A DNA stretch of 64,000 bases from Eledone cirrhosa (Eukaryota), in the NCBI GenBank assembly GCA_964016885.1, contig OZ024743.1:269948001-270012000 (forward strand). The letters run 5' to 3'. How positions within the stretch are numbered: the stretch's first letter is position 1; every line of letters begins with the position of its first letter. A program made the position numbers and the translations under genes. Under the pieces are notes generated by a model. The model did no database searches and had not been told where the DNA came from. It was given only the letters and a program-made list of their open reading frames with translations. Below are positions 24,301 to 37,099 of this stretch, in pieces.

Positions 24301-27300
24301 TTGATGTTAGTGGTGTTGGTAGTAGTGTTTGAGGTGGTGTTGACGTTAGTGGTGTTGGTAGTAGTGTTTGAGGTGGTGTTGATGTTAGCGGTGTTGGTAG
24401 TAGTGTTTGAGGTGGTATTGACGTTAGCGGTGTTGGCAGTAGTGTTTGAGGTGGTGTTGATGTTAGCGGTGTTGGTAGTAGTGTTTGAGGTGGTATTGAT
24501 GTTAGCGGTTTTGGTAGTAGTGTTTGAGGTGGTGTTGATGTTAGTGGTGTTGGTAGTAGTGTTTGAGGTGGTGTTAATGTTAGTGGTGTTGGTAGTAGTG
24601 TTTGAGGTGGTGTTGATGTTAGTGGTGTTGGTAGTAGTGTTTGAGGAGGTGTTGATGTTAGTGGTGTTGGTAGTAGTGTTTGAGGTGGTGTTGATGTTAG
24701 TGGTGTTGGTAGTAGTGTTTGAGGTGGTGTTGATGTTAGTGGTGTTGGTAGTAGTGTTTGAGGTGGTGTTGATGTTAGTGGTGTTGGTAGTAGTGTTTGA
24801 GTTGGTGTTGATGTTAGTGGTGTTGGTAGTAGTGTTTGAGGTGGTGTTGATGTTAATGGTGTTGGTAGTAGTGTTTGAGGTGGTGTTGATGTTAGTGGTG
24901 TTGGTAGTAGTGTTTGAGTTGGTGTTGATGTTAGTGGTGTTGGTAGTAGTGTTTGGAGTGGTGTTGATGTTAATGGTGTTGGTAGTAGTGTTTGAGTTGG
25001 TGTTGATGTTAGTGGTGTTGGTAGTAGTGTTTGAGGTGGTGTTGATGTTAGTGGTGTTGGTAGTAGTGTTTGAGGTGGTGTTGATGTTAGTGGTGTTGGT
25101 AGTAGTGTTTGAGGAGGTGTTGATGTTAGTGGTGTTGGTAGTAGTGTTTGAGGAGGTGTTGATGTTAGTAGTGTTGGTAGTAGTGTTTGAGGTGGTGTTG
25201 ATTTTAGTGGTGTTGGTAGTAGTGTTTGAGGAGGTGTTGATGTTAGTGGTGTTGGTAGTAGTGTTTGAGGTGGTGTTGATGTTAGTGGTGTTGGCAGTAG
25301 TGTTTGAGGTGGTGTTGATGTTAGCGGTGTTGGTAGTAGTGTTTGAGGTGGTGTTGATGTTAGTGGTGTTGGTAGTAGTGTTAGGTGGTGTTGATGTTAG
25401 TGGTGTTGGTAGTAGTGTTTGAGGTGGTGTTGATGTTAGTGGTGTTGGTAGTTGTGTTTGAGGAGGTGTTGATGTTAGTAGTGTTGGTAGTAGTGTTTGA
25501 GGTGGTGTTGATGTTAGTGGTGTTGGTAGTAGTGTTTGAGGAGGTGTTGATGTTAGTGGTGTTGGTAGTAGTGTTTGAGGTGGTGTTGATGTTAGTGGTG
25601 TTGGCAGTAGTGTTTGAGGTGGTGTTGATGTTAGCGGTGTTGGTAGTAGTGTTTGAGGTGGTGTTGATGTTAGTGGTGTTGGTAGTAGTGTTAGGTGGTG
25701 TTGATGTTAGTGGTGTTGGTAGTAGTATTTGAGGTGGTGTTGATGTTAGTGGTGTTGGCGGTAGTGTTTGGGGTGGTGTTGATGTTAGTGGTGTTGGTAG
25801 TAGTGTTTGAGGTGGTGTTGATGTTAGTGGTGTTGATGTTAGTGGTGTTGGTAGTAGTATTTGAGGTGGTGTTGATGTTAGTGGTGTTGGGAGTAGTGTT
25901 TGAGGTGGTGTTGATGTTAGCGGTGTTGGTAGTAGTGTTTGACGTGGTGTTGATGTTAGTGGTATGGGGTAGTGTTTGGAGTGGTGTTGATGTTAATGGT
26001 GTTGGTAGTAGTGTTTGAGGTGGTGTTGATGTTAGTGGTGTTGGTAGTAGTGTTTGAGGAGGTGTTGACGTTAGTGGTGTTGGTAGTAGTGTTTGAGGTG
26101 GTGTTGATGTTAGTGGTGTTGGTAGTAGTGTTTGAGGTGGTGTTGACGTTAGTGGTGTTGGTAGTAGTGTTTGAGGTGGTGTTGATGTTAGCGGTGTTGG
26201 TAGTAGTGTTTGAGGTGGTATTGATGTTAGCGGTGTTGGTAGTAGTGTTTGAGGTGGTGTTGATGTTAGTGGTGTTGGTAGTAGTGTTTGAGGTGGTGTT
26301 AATGTTAGTGGTGTTGGTAGTAGTGTTTGAGGTGGTGTTGATGTTAGTGGTGTTGGTAGTAGTGTTTGAGGAGGTGTTGATGTTAGTGGTGTTGGTAGTA
26401 GTTTTTGAGGTGGTGTTGATGTTAGTGGTGTTGGTAGTAGTGTTTGAGGTGGTGTTAATGTTAGTGGTGTTGGTAGTAGTGTTTGAGGTGGTGTTGATGT
26501 TAGTGGTGTTGGTAGTAGTGTTTGAGGTGGTGTTGATGTTAGTGGTGTTGGTAGTAGTGTTTGAGGTGGTGTTAATGTTAGTGGTGTTGGTAGTAGTGTC
26601 TGAGGTGGTGCTGATGTTAGTGGTGTTGGTAGTATTGTTTGAGGTGCTGTTGATGTTAGTGGTGTTGGTAGTAGTGTTTGAGGTGGTGTTGATGTTAGCG
26701 GTGTTGGTAGTAGTGTTTGAGGTGGTGTTGATGTTAGTGGTATTGGGGTAGTGATTGGAGTGGTGTTGATGTTAATGGTGTTGGTAGTAGTGTTTGAGGT
26801 GGTGTTGATGTTAGTGGTGTTGGTAGTAGTGTTTGAGGTGGTGTTGATGTTAGTGGTGTTGGTAGTAGTGTTTGAGGTGGTGTTGATGTTAGTGGTGTTG
26901 GTAGTAGTGTTTGAGGTGGTGTTGATGTTAGTGGTGTTGGTAGTAGTGTTTGAGGAGGTGTTGATGTTAGTGGTGTTGGTAGTAGTGTTTGAGGAGGTGT
27001 TGATGTTAGTAGTGTTGGTAGTAGTGTTTGAGGTGGTGTTGATGTTAGTGGTGTTGGTAGTAGTGTTTGAGGAGGTGTTGATGTTAGTGGTGTTGGTAGT
27101 AGTGTTTGAGGTGGTGTTGATGTTAGTGGTGTTGGCAGTAGTGTTTGAGGTGGTGTTGATGTTAGCGGTGTTGGTAGTAGTGTTTGAGGTGGTGTTGATG
27201 TTAGTGGTGTTGGTAGTAGTGTTAGGTGGTGTTGATGTTAGTGGTGTTGGTAGTAGTGTTTGAGGTGGTGTTGACGTTAGTGGTGTTGGTAGTAGTGTTT

Positions 27301-30300
27301 GAGGTGGTGTTGATGTTAGCGGTGTTGGTAGTAGTGTTTGAGGTGGTATTGACGTTAGCGGTGTTGGCAGTAGTGTTTGAGGTGGTGTTGATGTTAGCGG
27401 TGTTGGTAGTAGTGTTTGAGGTGGTATTGATGTTAGCGGTTTTGGTAGTAGTGTTTGAGGTGGTGTTGATGTTAGTGGTGTTGGTAGTAGTGTTTGAGGT
27501 GGTGTTAATGTTAGTGGTGTTGGTAGTAGTGTTTGAGGTGGTGTTGATGTTAGTGGTGTTGGTAGTAGTGTTTGAGGAGGTGTTGATGTTAGTGGTGTTG
27601 GTAGTAGTGTTTGAGGTGGTGTTGATGTTAGTGGTGTTGGTAGTAGTGTTTGAGGTGGTGTTGATGTTAGTGGTGTTGGTAGTAGTGTTTGAGGTGGTGT
27701 TGATGTTAGTGGTGTTGGTAGTAGTGTTTGAGTTGGTGTTGATGTTAGTGGTGTTGGTAGTAGTGTTTGAGGTGGTGTTGATGTTAATGGTGTTGGTAGT
27801 AGTGTTTGAGGTGGTGTTGATGTTAGTGGTGTTGGTAGTAGTGTTTGAGTTGGTGTTGATGTTAGTGGTGTTGGTAGTAGTGTTTGGAGTGGTGTTGATG
27901 TTAATGGTGTTGGTAGTAGTGTTTGAGTTGGTGTTGATGTTAGTGGTGTTGGTAGTAGTGTTTGAGGTGGTGTTGATGTTAGTGGTGTTGGTAGTAGTGT
28001 TTGAGGTGGTGTTGATGTTAGTGGTGTTGGTAGTAGTGTTTGAGGAGGTGTTGATGTTAGTGGTGTTGGTAGTAGTGTTTGAGGAGGTGTTGATGTTAGT
28101 AGTGTTGGTAGTAGTGTTTGAGGTGGTGTTGATTTTAGTGGTGTTGGTAGTAGTGTTTGAGGAGGTGTTGATGTTAGTGGTGTTGGTAGTAGTGTTTGAG
28201 GTGGTGTTGATGTTAGTGGTGTTGGCAGTAGTGTTTGAGGTGGTGTTGATGTTAGCGGTGTTGGTAGTAGTGTTTGAGGTGGTGTTGATGTTAGTGGTGT
28301 TGGTAGTAGTGTTAGGTGGTGTTGATGTTAGTGGTGTTGGTAGTAGTGTTTGAGGTGGTGTTGATGTTAGTGGTGTTGGTAGTTGTGTTTGAGGAGGTGT
28401 TGATGTTAGTAGTGTTGGTAGTAGTGTTTGAGGTGGTGTTGATGTTAGTGGTGTTGGTAGTAGTGTTTGAGGAGGTGTTGATGTTAGTGGTGTTGGTAGT
28501 AGTGTTTGAGGTGGTGTTGATGTTAGTGGTGTTGGCAGTAGTGTTTGAGGTGGTGTTGATGTTAGCGGTGTTGGTAGTAGTGTTTGAGGTGGTGTTGATG
28601 TTAGTGGTGTTGGTAGTAGTGTTAGGTGGTGTTGATGTTAGTGGTGTTGGTAGTAGTATTTGAGGTGGTGTTGATGTTAGTGGTGTTGGCGGTAGTGTTT
28701 GGGGTGGTGTTGATGTTAGTGGTGTTGGTAGTAGTGTTTGAGGTGGTGTTGATGTTAGTGGTGTTGATGTTAGTGGTGTTGGTAGTAGTATTTGAGGTGG
28801 TGTTGATGTTAGTGGTGTTGGGAGTAGTGTTTGAGGTGGTGTTGATGTTAGCGGTGTTGGTAGTAGTGTTTGACGTGGTGTTGATGTTAGTGTTATGGGG
28901 TAGTGTTTGGAGTGGTGTTGATGTTAATGGTGTTGGTAGTAGTGTTTGAGGTGGTGTTGATGTTAGTGGTGTTGGTAGTAGTGTTTGAGGAGGTGTTGAC
29001 GTTAGTGGTGTTGGTAGTAGTGTTTGAGGTGGTGTTGATGTTAGTGGTGTTGGTAGTAGTGTTTGAGGTGGTGTTGACGTTAGTGGTGTTGGTAGTAGTG
29101 TTTGAGGTGGTGTTGATGTTAGCGGTGTTGGTAGTAGTGTTTGAGGTGGTATTGATGTTAGCGGTGTTGGTAGTAGTGTTTGAGGTGGTGTTGATGTTAG
29201 TGGTGTTGGTAGTAGTGTTTGAGGTGGTGTTAATGTTAGTGGTGTTGGTAGTAGTGTTTGAGGTGGTGTTGATGTTAGTGGTGTTGGTAGTAGTGTTTGA
29301 GGAGGTGTTGATGTTAGTGGTGTTGGTAGTAGTTTTTGAGGTGGTGTTGATGTTAGTGGTGTTGGTAGTAGTGTTTGAGGTGGTGTTAATGTTAGTGGTG
29401 TTGGTAGTAGTGTTTGAGGTGGTGTTGATGTTAGTGGTGTTGGTAGTAGTGTTTGAGGTGGTGTTGATGTTAGTGGTGTTGGTAGTAGTGTTTGAGGTGG
29501 TGTTAATGTTAGTGGTGTTGGTAGTAGTGTCTGAGGTGGTGCTGATGTTAGTGGTGTTGGTAGTATTGTTTGAGGTGCTGTTGATGTTAGTGGTGTTGGT
29601 AGTAGTGTTTGAGGTGGTGTTGATGTTAGCGGTGTTGGTAGTAGTGTTTGACGTGGTGTTGATGTTAGTGGTATTGGGGTAGTGTTTGGAGTGGTGTTGA
29701 TGTTAATGGTGTTGGTAGTAGTGTTTGAGGTGGTGTTGATGTTAGTGGTGTTGGTAGTAGTGTTTGAGGTGGTGTTGATGTTAGTGGTGTTGGTAGTAGT
29801 GTTTGAGGTGGTGTTGATGTTAGTGGTGTTGGTAGTAGTGTTTGAGGTGGTGTTGATGTTAGTGGTGTTGGTAGTAGTGTTTGAGGAGGTGTTGATGTTA
29901 GTGGTGTTGGTAGTAGTGTTTGAGGAGGTGTTGATGTTAGTAGTGTTGGTAGTAGTGTTTGAGGTGGTGTTGATGTTAGTGGTGTTGGTAGTAGTGTTTG
30001 AGGAGGTGTTGATGTTAGTGGTGTTGGTAGTAGTGTTTGAGGTGGTGTTGATGTTAGTGGTGTTGGCAGTAGTGTTTGAGGTGGTGTTGATGTTAGCGGT
30101 GTTGGTAGTAGTGTTTGAGGTGGTGTTGATGTTAGTGGTGTTGGTAGTAGTGTTAGGTGGTGTTGATGTTAGTGGTGTTGGTAGTAGTGTTTGAGGTGGT
30201 GTTGATGTTAGTGGTGTTGGTAGTAGTGTTAGGTGGTGTTGATGTTAGTGGTGTTGGTAGTAGTGTTTGAGGTGGTGTTGATGTTAGTGGTGTTGGTAGT

Positions 30301-32500
30301 TGTGTTTGAGGAGGTGTTGATGTTAGTAGTGTTGGTAGTAGTGTTTGAGGTGGTGTTGATGTTAGTGGTGTTGGTAGTAGTGTTTGAGGAGGTGTTGATG
30401 TTAGTGGTGTTGGTAGTAGTGTTTGAGGTGGTGTTGATGTTAGTGGTGTTGGCAGTAGTGTTTGAGGTGGTGTTGATGTTAGCGGTGTTGGTAGTAGTGT
30501 TTGAGGTGGTGTTGATGTTAGTGGTGTTGGTAGTAGTGTTAGGTGGTGTTGATGTTAGTGGTGTTGGTAGTAGTATTTGAGGTGGTGTTGATGTTAGTGG
30601 TGTTGGCGGTAGTGTTTGGGGTGGTGTTGATGTTAGTGGTGTTGGTAGTAGTGTTTGAGGTGGTGTTGATGTTAGTGGTGTTGATGTTAGTGGTGTTGGT
30701 AGTAGTATTTGAGGTGGTGTTGATGTTAGTGGTGTTGGGAGTAGTGTTTGAGGTGGTGTTGATGTTAGCGGTGTTGGTAGTAGTGTTTGACGTGGTGTTG
30801 ATGTTAGTGGTATGGGGTAGTGTTTGGAGTGGTGTTGATGTTAATGGTGTTGGTAGTAGTGTTTGAGGTGGTGTTGATGTTAGTGGTGTTGGTAGTAGTG
30901 TTTGAGGAGGTGTTGACGTTAGTGGTGTTGGTAGTAGTGTTTGAGGTGGTGTTGATGTTAGTGGTGTTGGTAGTAGTGTTTGAGGTGGTGTTGACGTTAG
31001 TGGTGTTGGTAGTAGTGTTTGAGGTGGTGTTGATGTTAGCGGTGTTGGTAGTAGTGTTTGAGGTGGTATTGATGTTAGCGGTGTTGGTAGTAGTGTTTGA
31101 GGTGGTGTTGATGTTAGTGGTGTTGGTAGTAGTGTTTGAGGTGGTGTTAATGTTAGTGGTGTTGGTAGTAGTGTTTGAGGTGGTGTTGATGTTAGTGGTG
31201 TTGGTAGTAGTGTTTGAGGAGGTGTTGATGTTAGTGGTGTTGGTAGTAGTTTTTGAGGTGGTGTTGATGTTAGTGGTGTTGGTAGTAGTGTTTGAGGTGG
31301 TGTTAATGTTAGTGGTGTTGGTAGTAGTGTTTGAGGTGGTGTTGATGTTAGTGGTGTTGGTAGTAGTGTTTGAGGTGGTGTTGATGTTAGTGGTGTTGGT
31401 AGTAGTGTTTGAGGTGGTGTTAATGTTAGTGGTGTTGGTAGTAGTGTCTGAGGTGGTGCTGATGTTAGTGGTGTTGGTAGTATTGTTTGAGGTGCTGTTG
31501 ATGTTAGTGGTGTTGGTAGTAGTGTTTGAGGTGGTGTTGATGTTAGCGGTGTTGGTAGTAGTGTTTGACGTGGTGTTGATGTTAGTGGTATTGGGGTAGT
31601 GTTTGGAGTGGTGTTGATGTTAATGGTGTTGGTAGTAGTGTTTGAGGTGGTGTTGATGTTAGTGGTGTTGGTAGTAGTGTTTGAGGTGGTGTTGATGTTA
31701 GTGGTGTTGGTAGTAGTGTTTGAGGTGGTGTTGATGTTAGTGGTGTTGGTAGTAGTGTTTGAGGTGGTGTTGATGTTAGTGGTGTTGGTAGTAGTGTTTG
31801 AGGAGGTGTTGATGTTAGTGGTGTTGGTAGTAGTGTTTGAGGAGGTGTTGATGTTAGTAGTGTTGGTAGTAGTGTTTGAGGTGGTGTTGATGTTAGTGGT
31901 GTTGGTAGTAGTGTTTGAGGAGGTGTTGATGTTAGTGGTGTTGGTAGTAGTGTTTGAGGTGGTGTTGATGTTAGTGGTGTTGGCAGTAGTGTTTGAGGTG
32001 GTGTTGATGTTAGCGGTGTTGGTAGTAGTGTTTGAGGTGGTGTTGATGTTAGTGGTGTTGGTAGTAGTGTTAGGTGGTGTTGATGTTAGTGGTGTTGGTA
32101 GTAGTGTTTGAGGTGGTGTTGATGTTAGTGGTGTTGGTAGTAGTGTTTGAGGAGGTGTTGATGTTAGTGGTGTTGGTAGTAGTGTTTGAGGAGGTGTTGA
32201 TGTTAGTAGTGTTGGTAGTAGTGTTTGAGGTGGTGTTGATGTTAGTGGTGTTGGTAGTAGTGTTTGAGGTGGTGTTGATGTTAGTGGTGTTGGTAGTAGT
32301 GTTTGAGGTGGTGTTGATGTTAGTGGTGTTGGCAGTAGTGTTTGAGGTGGTGTTGATGTTAGCGGTGTTGGTAGTAGTTTTTGAGGTGGTGTTGATGTTA
32401 GTGGTGTTGGTAGTAGTGTTAGGTGGTGTTGATGTTAGTGGTGTTGGTAGTAGTATTTGAGGTGGTGTTGATGTTAGTGTTGTTGGCGGTAGTGTTTGGG
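18400..32500. repeat. Higher-order repeat domain of about six related 1.9-3.4 kb blocks carrying the 37-bp GTGTTAGGTGG monomer and a 54-bp monomer
   Basis: Offsets from ORF landmarks: 18509->20467 (1958), 22620->25972 (3352), 25972->28903 (2931), 28903->30820 (1917), 18110->23770 (5660). The paired translations are identical or nearly so. Confidence 0.88.
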
Positions 32501-32880
32501 GTGGTGTTGATGTTAGTGGTGTTGGTAGTAGTGTTTGAGGTGGTGTTGATGTTAGTGGTGTTGGTAGTAGTATTTGAGGTGGTGTTGATGTTAGTGGTGT
32601 TGGCAGTAGTGTTTGAGGTGGTGTTGATGTTAGTGGTGTTGGCAGTAGTGTTTGGGGTGGTGTTGATGTTAGTGGTTTTGGTAGTAGTGTTTGAGGTGGT
32701 GTTGATGTTAGTGGTGTTGGTAGTAGTGTTTGAGGTGGTGTTGATGTTAGTGGTGTTGGTAGTAGTGTTTGAGGTGGTGTTGATGTTAGTGGTGTTGGTA
32801 GTAGTGTTTGAGGTGGTGTTGATGTTAGTGGTGTTGGTAGTAGTGTTTGGGGTGGTGTAGATGTTAGTGGTATTGGGGTA

Positions 32881-35095
32881 GTGTTTGGAGTGGTGTTGAT
32901 GTTAGTGGGGTTGGGGGTAGTGTTTGAGGTGGTGTTGATGTTAGTGGTGTTGGTAGTAGTGTTTGAGGAGGTGTTGATTTTAGTGGTGTTAGTAGTAGTG
33001 TTTGAGGTGGTGTTGATGTTAGTGGTGTTGGTAGTAGTGTTTGAGGTGGTGTTGATGTTTGTGGTGTTGGGGGTAGTGTTTGAGGTGGTGTTGATGTTAG
33101 TGGTGTTGGTAGTAGTGTTTGAGGTGGTGTTGATGTTTGTGGTGTTGGGCGTAGTGTTTGAGGTGGTGTTGATGTTAGTGGTGTTGGCAGTAGTGTTTGA
33201 GGTGGTGTTGATGTTAGTGGTGTTGGTAGTAGTATTTGAGGTGGTGTTGATGTTAGTGGTGTTGGCGGTAGTGTTTGGGGTGGTGTTGATGTTAGTGGTG
33301 TTGGTAGTAGTGTTTGAGGTGGTTTTGATGTTAGTGGTGTTGGCGGTAGTGTTTGGGGTGGTGTTGATGTTAGTGGTGTTGGTAGTAGTGTTTGAGGTGG
33401 TGTTGATGTTAGTGGTGTTGGTAGTAGTGTTTGAGGAGGTGTTGATGTTAGCGGTGTTGGTAGTAGTGTTTGAGGTGGTGTTGATGTTAGTGGTGTTGGT
33501 AGTAGTGTTTGACGTGGTGTTGATGTTAGTGGTGTTGGTAGTAGTGTTTGAGGTGGTGTTGATGTTAGTGGTGTTGGTAGTAGTGTTTGAGGTGGTGTTG
33601 ATGTTAGTGGTGTTGGTAGTAGTGTTTGAGGTGGTGTTGATGTTTGTGGTGTTGGGGGTAGTGTTTGAGGTGGTGTTGATGTTAGTGGTGTTGGCAGTAG
33701 TGTTTGAGGTGGTGTTGATGTTAGTGGTGTTGGTAGTAGTATTTGAGGTGGTGTTGATGTTAGTGGTGTTGGCGGTAGTGTTTGGGGTGGTGTTGATGTT
33801 AGTGGTGTTGGTAGTAGTGTTTGAGGTGGTTTTGATGTTAGTGGTGTTGGCGGTAGTGTTTGGGGTGGTGTTGATGTTAGTGGTGTTGGTAGTAGTGTTT
33901 GAGGTGGTGTTGATGTTAGTGGTGTTGGTAGTAGTGTTTGAGTTGGTGGTGGTGTTAGTGGTGTTGGTAGTAGTGTTTGAGGAGGTGTTGATGTTAGTGG
34001 TGTTGGTAGTAGTGTTTGAGGTGGTGTTGATGTTAGTGGTATTGGTAGTAGTGTTTGAGGTGGTGTTGATGTTAGTGGTGTTGGTAGTAGTGTTTGAGGT
34101 GGTGTTGATGTTAGTGGTGTTGGCAGTAGTGTTTGAGGTGGTGTTGATGTTAGTGGTGTTGGTAGTAGTGTTTGAGGTGGTGTTGATGTTAGTGGTGTTG
34201 GTAGTAGTGTTTGAGGTGGTGTTGGTGTGAGAGGTGTTGGTAGTAGTGTTTGAGGTGGTGTTGATGTTAGTGGAGTTGGTAGTAGTGTTTGAGGTGGTGT
34301 TGATGTTAGTGGTGTTGGTAGTAGTGTTTGAGGTGGTGTTGATGTTAGTGGTGTTGGTAGTAGTGTTTGAGGTGGTGTTGATGTTAGTGGTATTTGTAGT
34401 AGTGTTTGAGGTGGTGTTGATGTTAGTGGTGTTGGTAGTAGTGTTTGAGGTGGTGTTGATGTTAGTGGTGTTGGTAGTAGTGTTTGAGGTGGTGTTGATG
34501 TTAGTGGTATTGGTAGTAGTGTTTGAGGTGGTGTTGATGTTAGTGGTGTTGGTAGTAGTGTTTGAGGTTGTATTGATGTTAGTGGTGTTGGTAGTAGTGT
34601 TTGAGGTGGTGTTGATGTTAGTGGTGTTGGTAGTAGTGTTTGAGGAGGTGTTGATGTTAGTGGTGTTGGTAGTAGTGTTTGAGGTGGTGTTGATGTTAGT
34701 GGTATTGGTAGTAGCGTTTGAGGTGGTGTTGATGTTAGTGGTGTTGGTAGTAGTGTTTGAGGTTGTATTGATGTTAGTGGTATTGGTAGTAGTGTTTGAG
34801 GTGGTGTTGATGTTAGTGGTGTTGGTAGTAGTGTTTGAGGTTGTATTGATGTTAGTGGTGTTGGTAGTAGTGTTTGAGGTGGTGTTGGTGTGAGAGGTGT
34901 TGGTAGTAGTGTTTGAGGTGGTGTTGATGTTAGTGGTGTTGGTAGTAGTGTTTGAGGTGGTGTTGATGTTAGTGGAGTTGGTAGTAGTGTTTGAGGTGGT
35001 GTTGATGTTAGTGGTGTTGGTAGTAGTGTTTGGGGTGGTGTTTATGTTAGTGGTGTTGGTAGTAGTATTTGAGGTGGTGTTGATGTTAGTGGTAT
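32881..35095 (-). other. ~2.2-kb indel-free stretch open in the minus-strand Thr/Asn frame (NTTTNTTNINTTS)n; mucin-like if ever translated, but not a supported gene
   Basis: + ORFs 32881, 34234 and 34897 share one frame, so there are no net frameshifts. The + strand TGA variant reads N-T-S-H-T on the minus strand. No start context, signal peptide or unique domain is present, and the stretch is bounded by frameshifting monomers. Confidence 0.2.
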
Positions 35096-37099
35096 GGGGT
35101 AGTGTTTGGAGTGGTGTTGATGTTAATGGTGTTGGTAGTAGTGTTTGAGGTGGTGTTGATGTTAGTGGTGTTGGTAGTAGTGTTTGAGGAGGTGTTGATG
35201 TTAGTGGTGTTGGTAGTAGTGTTTGAGGTGGTGTTGATGTTAGTGGTGTTGGTAGTAGTGTTCGAGGTGGTGTTGACGTTAGTGGTGTTGGTAGTAGTGT
35301 TTGAGGAGGTGTTGATGTTAGTGGTGTTGGTAGTAGTGTTTGAGGAGGTGTTGATGTTAGTGGTGTTGGTAGTAGTGTTTGAGGTGGTGTTGATGTTAGT
35401 GGTGTTGGTAGTAGTGTTTGAGGTGGTGTTGACGTTAGTGGTGTTGGTAGTAGTGTTTGAGGTGGTATTGATGTTAGCGGTGTTGGTAGTAGTGTTTGAG
35501 GTGGTGTTGATGTTAGTGGTGTTGGTAGTAGTGTTTGAGGTGGTGTTAATGTTAGTGGTGTTGGTAGTAGTGTTTGAGGTGGCGTTGATGTTAGTGGTGT
35601 TGGTAGTATTGTTTGAGGTGCTGTTGATGTTAGTGGTGTTGGTAGTAGTGTTTGAGGTGGTGTTAATGTTAGCGGTGTTGGTAGTAGTGTTTGAGGTGAC
35701 GTTGATGTTAGTGGTGTTGGTAGTAGTGTTTGAGGTGGTGTTAATGTTAGCGGTGTTGGTAGTAGTGTTTGAGGTGGTGTTAATGTTAGTGGTGTTGGTA
35801 GTAGTGTTTGAGGTGGTGTTAATGTTAGTGGTGTTGGTAGTAGTGTTTGAGGTGGTGTTAATGTTAGTGGTGTTGGTAGTATTGTTTGAGGTGCTGTTGA
35901 TGTTAGTGGTGTTGGTAGTAGTGTTTGAGGTGGTGTTAATGTTAGCGGTGTTGGTAGTAGTGTTTGAGGTGCCGTTGATGTTAGTGGTGTTGGTAGTAGT
36001 GTTTGAGGTGGTGTTAATGTTAGCGGTGTTGGTAGTAGTGTTTGAGGTGGTGTTAATGTTAGTGGTGTTGGTAGTAGTGTTTGAGGTGGTGTTAATGTTA
36101 GTGGTGTTGGTAGTAGTGTTTGAGGTGGTGTTGATGTTAGTGGTGTTGGTAGTATTGTTTGAGGTGCTGTTGATGTTAGTGGTGTTGGTAGTAGTGTTTG
36201 AGGTGGTGTTAATGTTAGCGGTGTTGGTAGTAGTGTTTGAGGTGCCGTTGATGTTAGTGGTGTTGGTAGTAGTGTTTGAGGTGGTGTTAATGTTAGCGGT
36301 GTTGGTAGTAGTGTTTGAGGTGGTGTTGATGTTAGCGGTGTTGGTGGTAGTGTTTGACGTGGTGTTGATGTTAGTGGTATTGGGGTAGTGTTTGGAGTGG
36401 TGTTGATGTTAATGGTGTTGGTAGTAGTGTTTGAGGTGGTGTTGATGTTACTGGTGTTGGTAGTAGTGTTTGAGGAGGTGTTGATGTTAGTGGTGTTGGT
36501 AGTAGTGTTTGAGGTGGTGTTGATGTTAGTGGTGTTTGTAGTAGTGTTTGAGGTGGTGTTGATGTTAGTGGTGTTGGTAGTAGTGTTTGAGGTGGTGTTG
36601 ATGTTAGTGGTGTTGGTAGTAGTTTTTGAGGTGCTGTTGATGTTAGTGGTGTTGGTAGTAGTGTTTGAGGTGGTGTTGATGTTAGCGGTGTTGGTAGTAG
36701 TGTTTGAGGTGGTGTTGATGTTAGTGGTGTTGGTAGTAGTGTTTGAGGAGGTGTTGATGTTAGTGGTGTTGGTAGTAGTGTTTGAGGAGGTGTTGATGTT
36801 AGTGGTGTTGGTAGTAGTGTTTGAGGTGGTGTTGATTTTAGTGGTGCTGGTAGTAGTGTTTGAGGAGGTGTTGATGTTAGTGGTGTTGGTAGTAGTGTTT
36901 GAGGTGGTGTTGATTTTAGTGGTGCTGGTAGTAGTGTTTGAGGTGGTGTTGATTTTAGTGGTGCTGGTAGTAGTGTTTGAGGAGGTGTTGATGTTAGTGG
37001 TGTTGGTAGTAGTGTTTGAGGTGGTGTTGATTTTAGTGGTGCTGGTAGTAGTGTTTGAGGTGGTGTTGATGTTAGTGGTGTTGGTAGTAGTGTTTGAGG

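Noticed and set aside
19914-32425. Canonical telomere motifs TTAGG, TTGGGG and a lone TTAGGG (~9140)
   Set aside because: These are isolated single occurrences produced by monomer variants and never form tandem runs.
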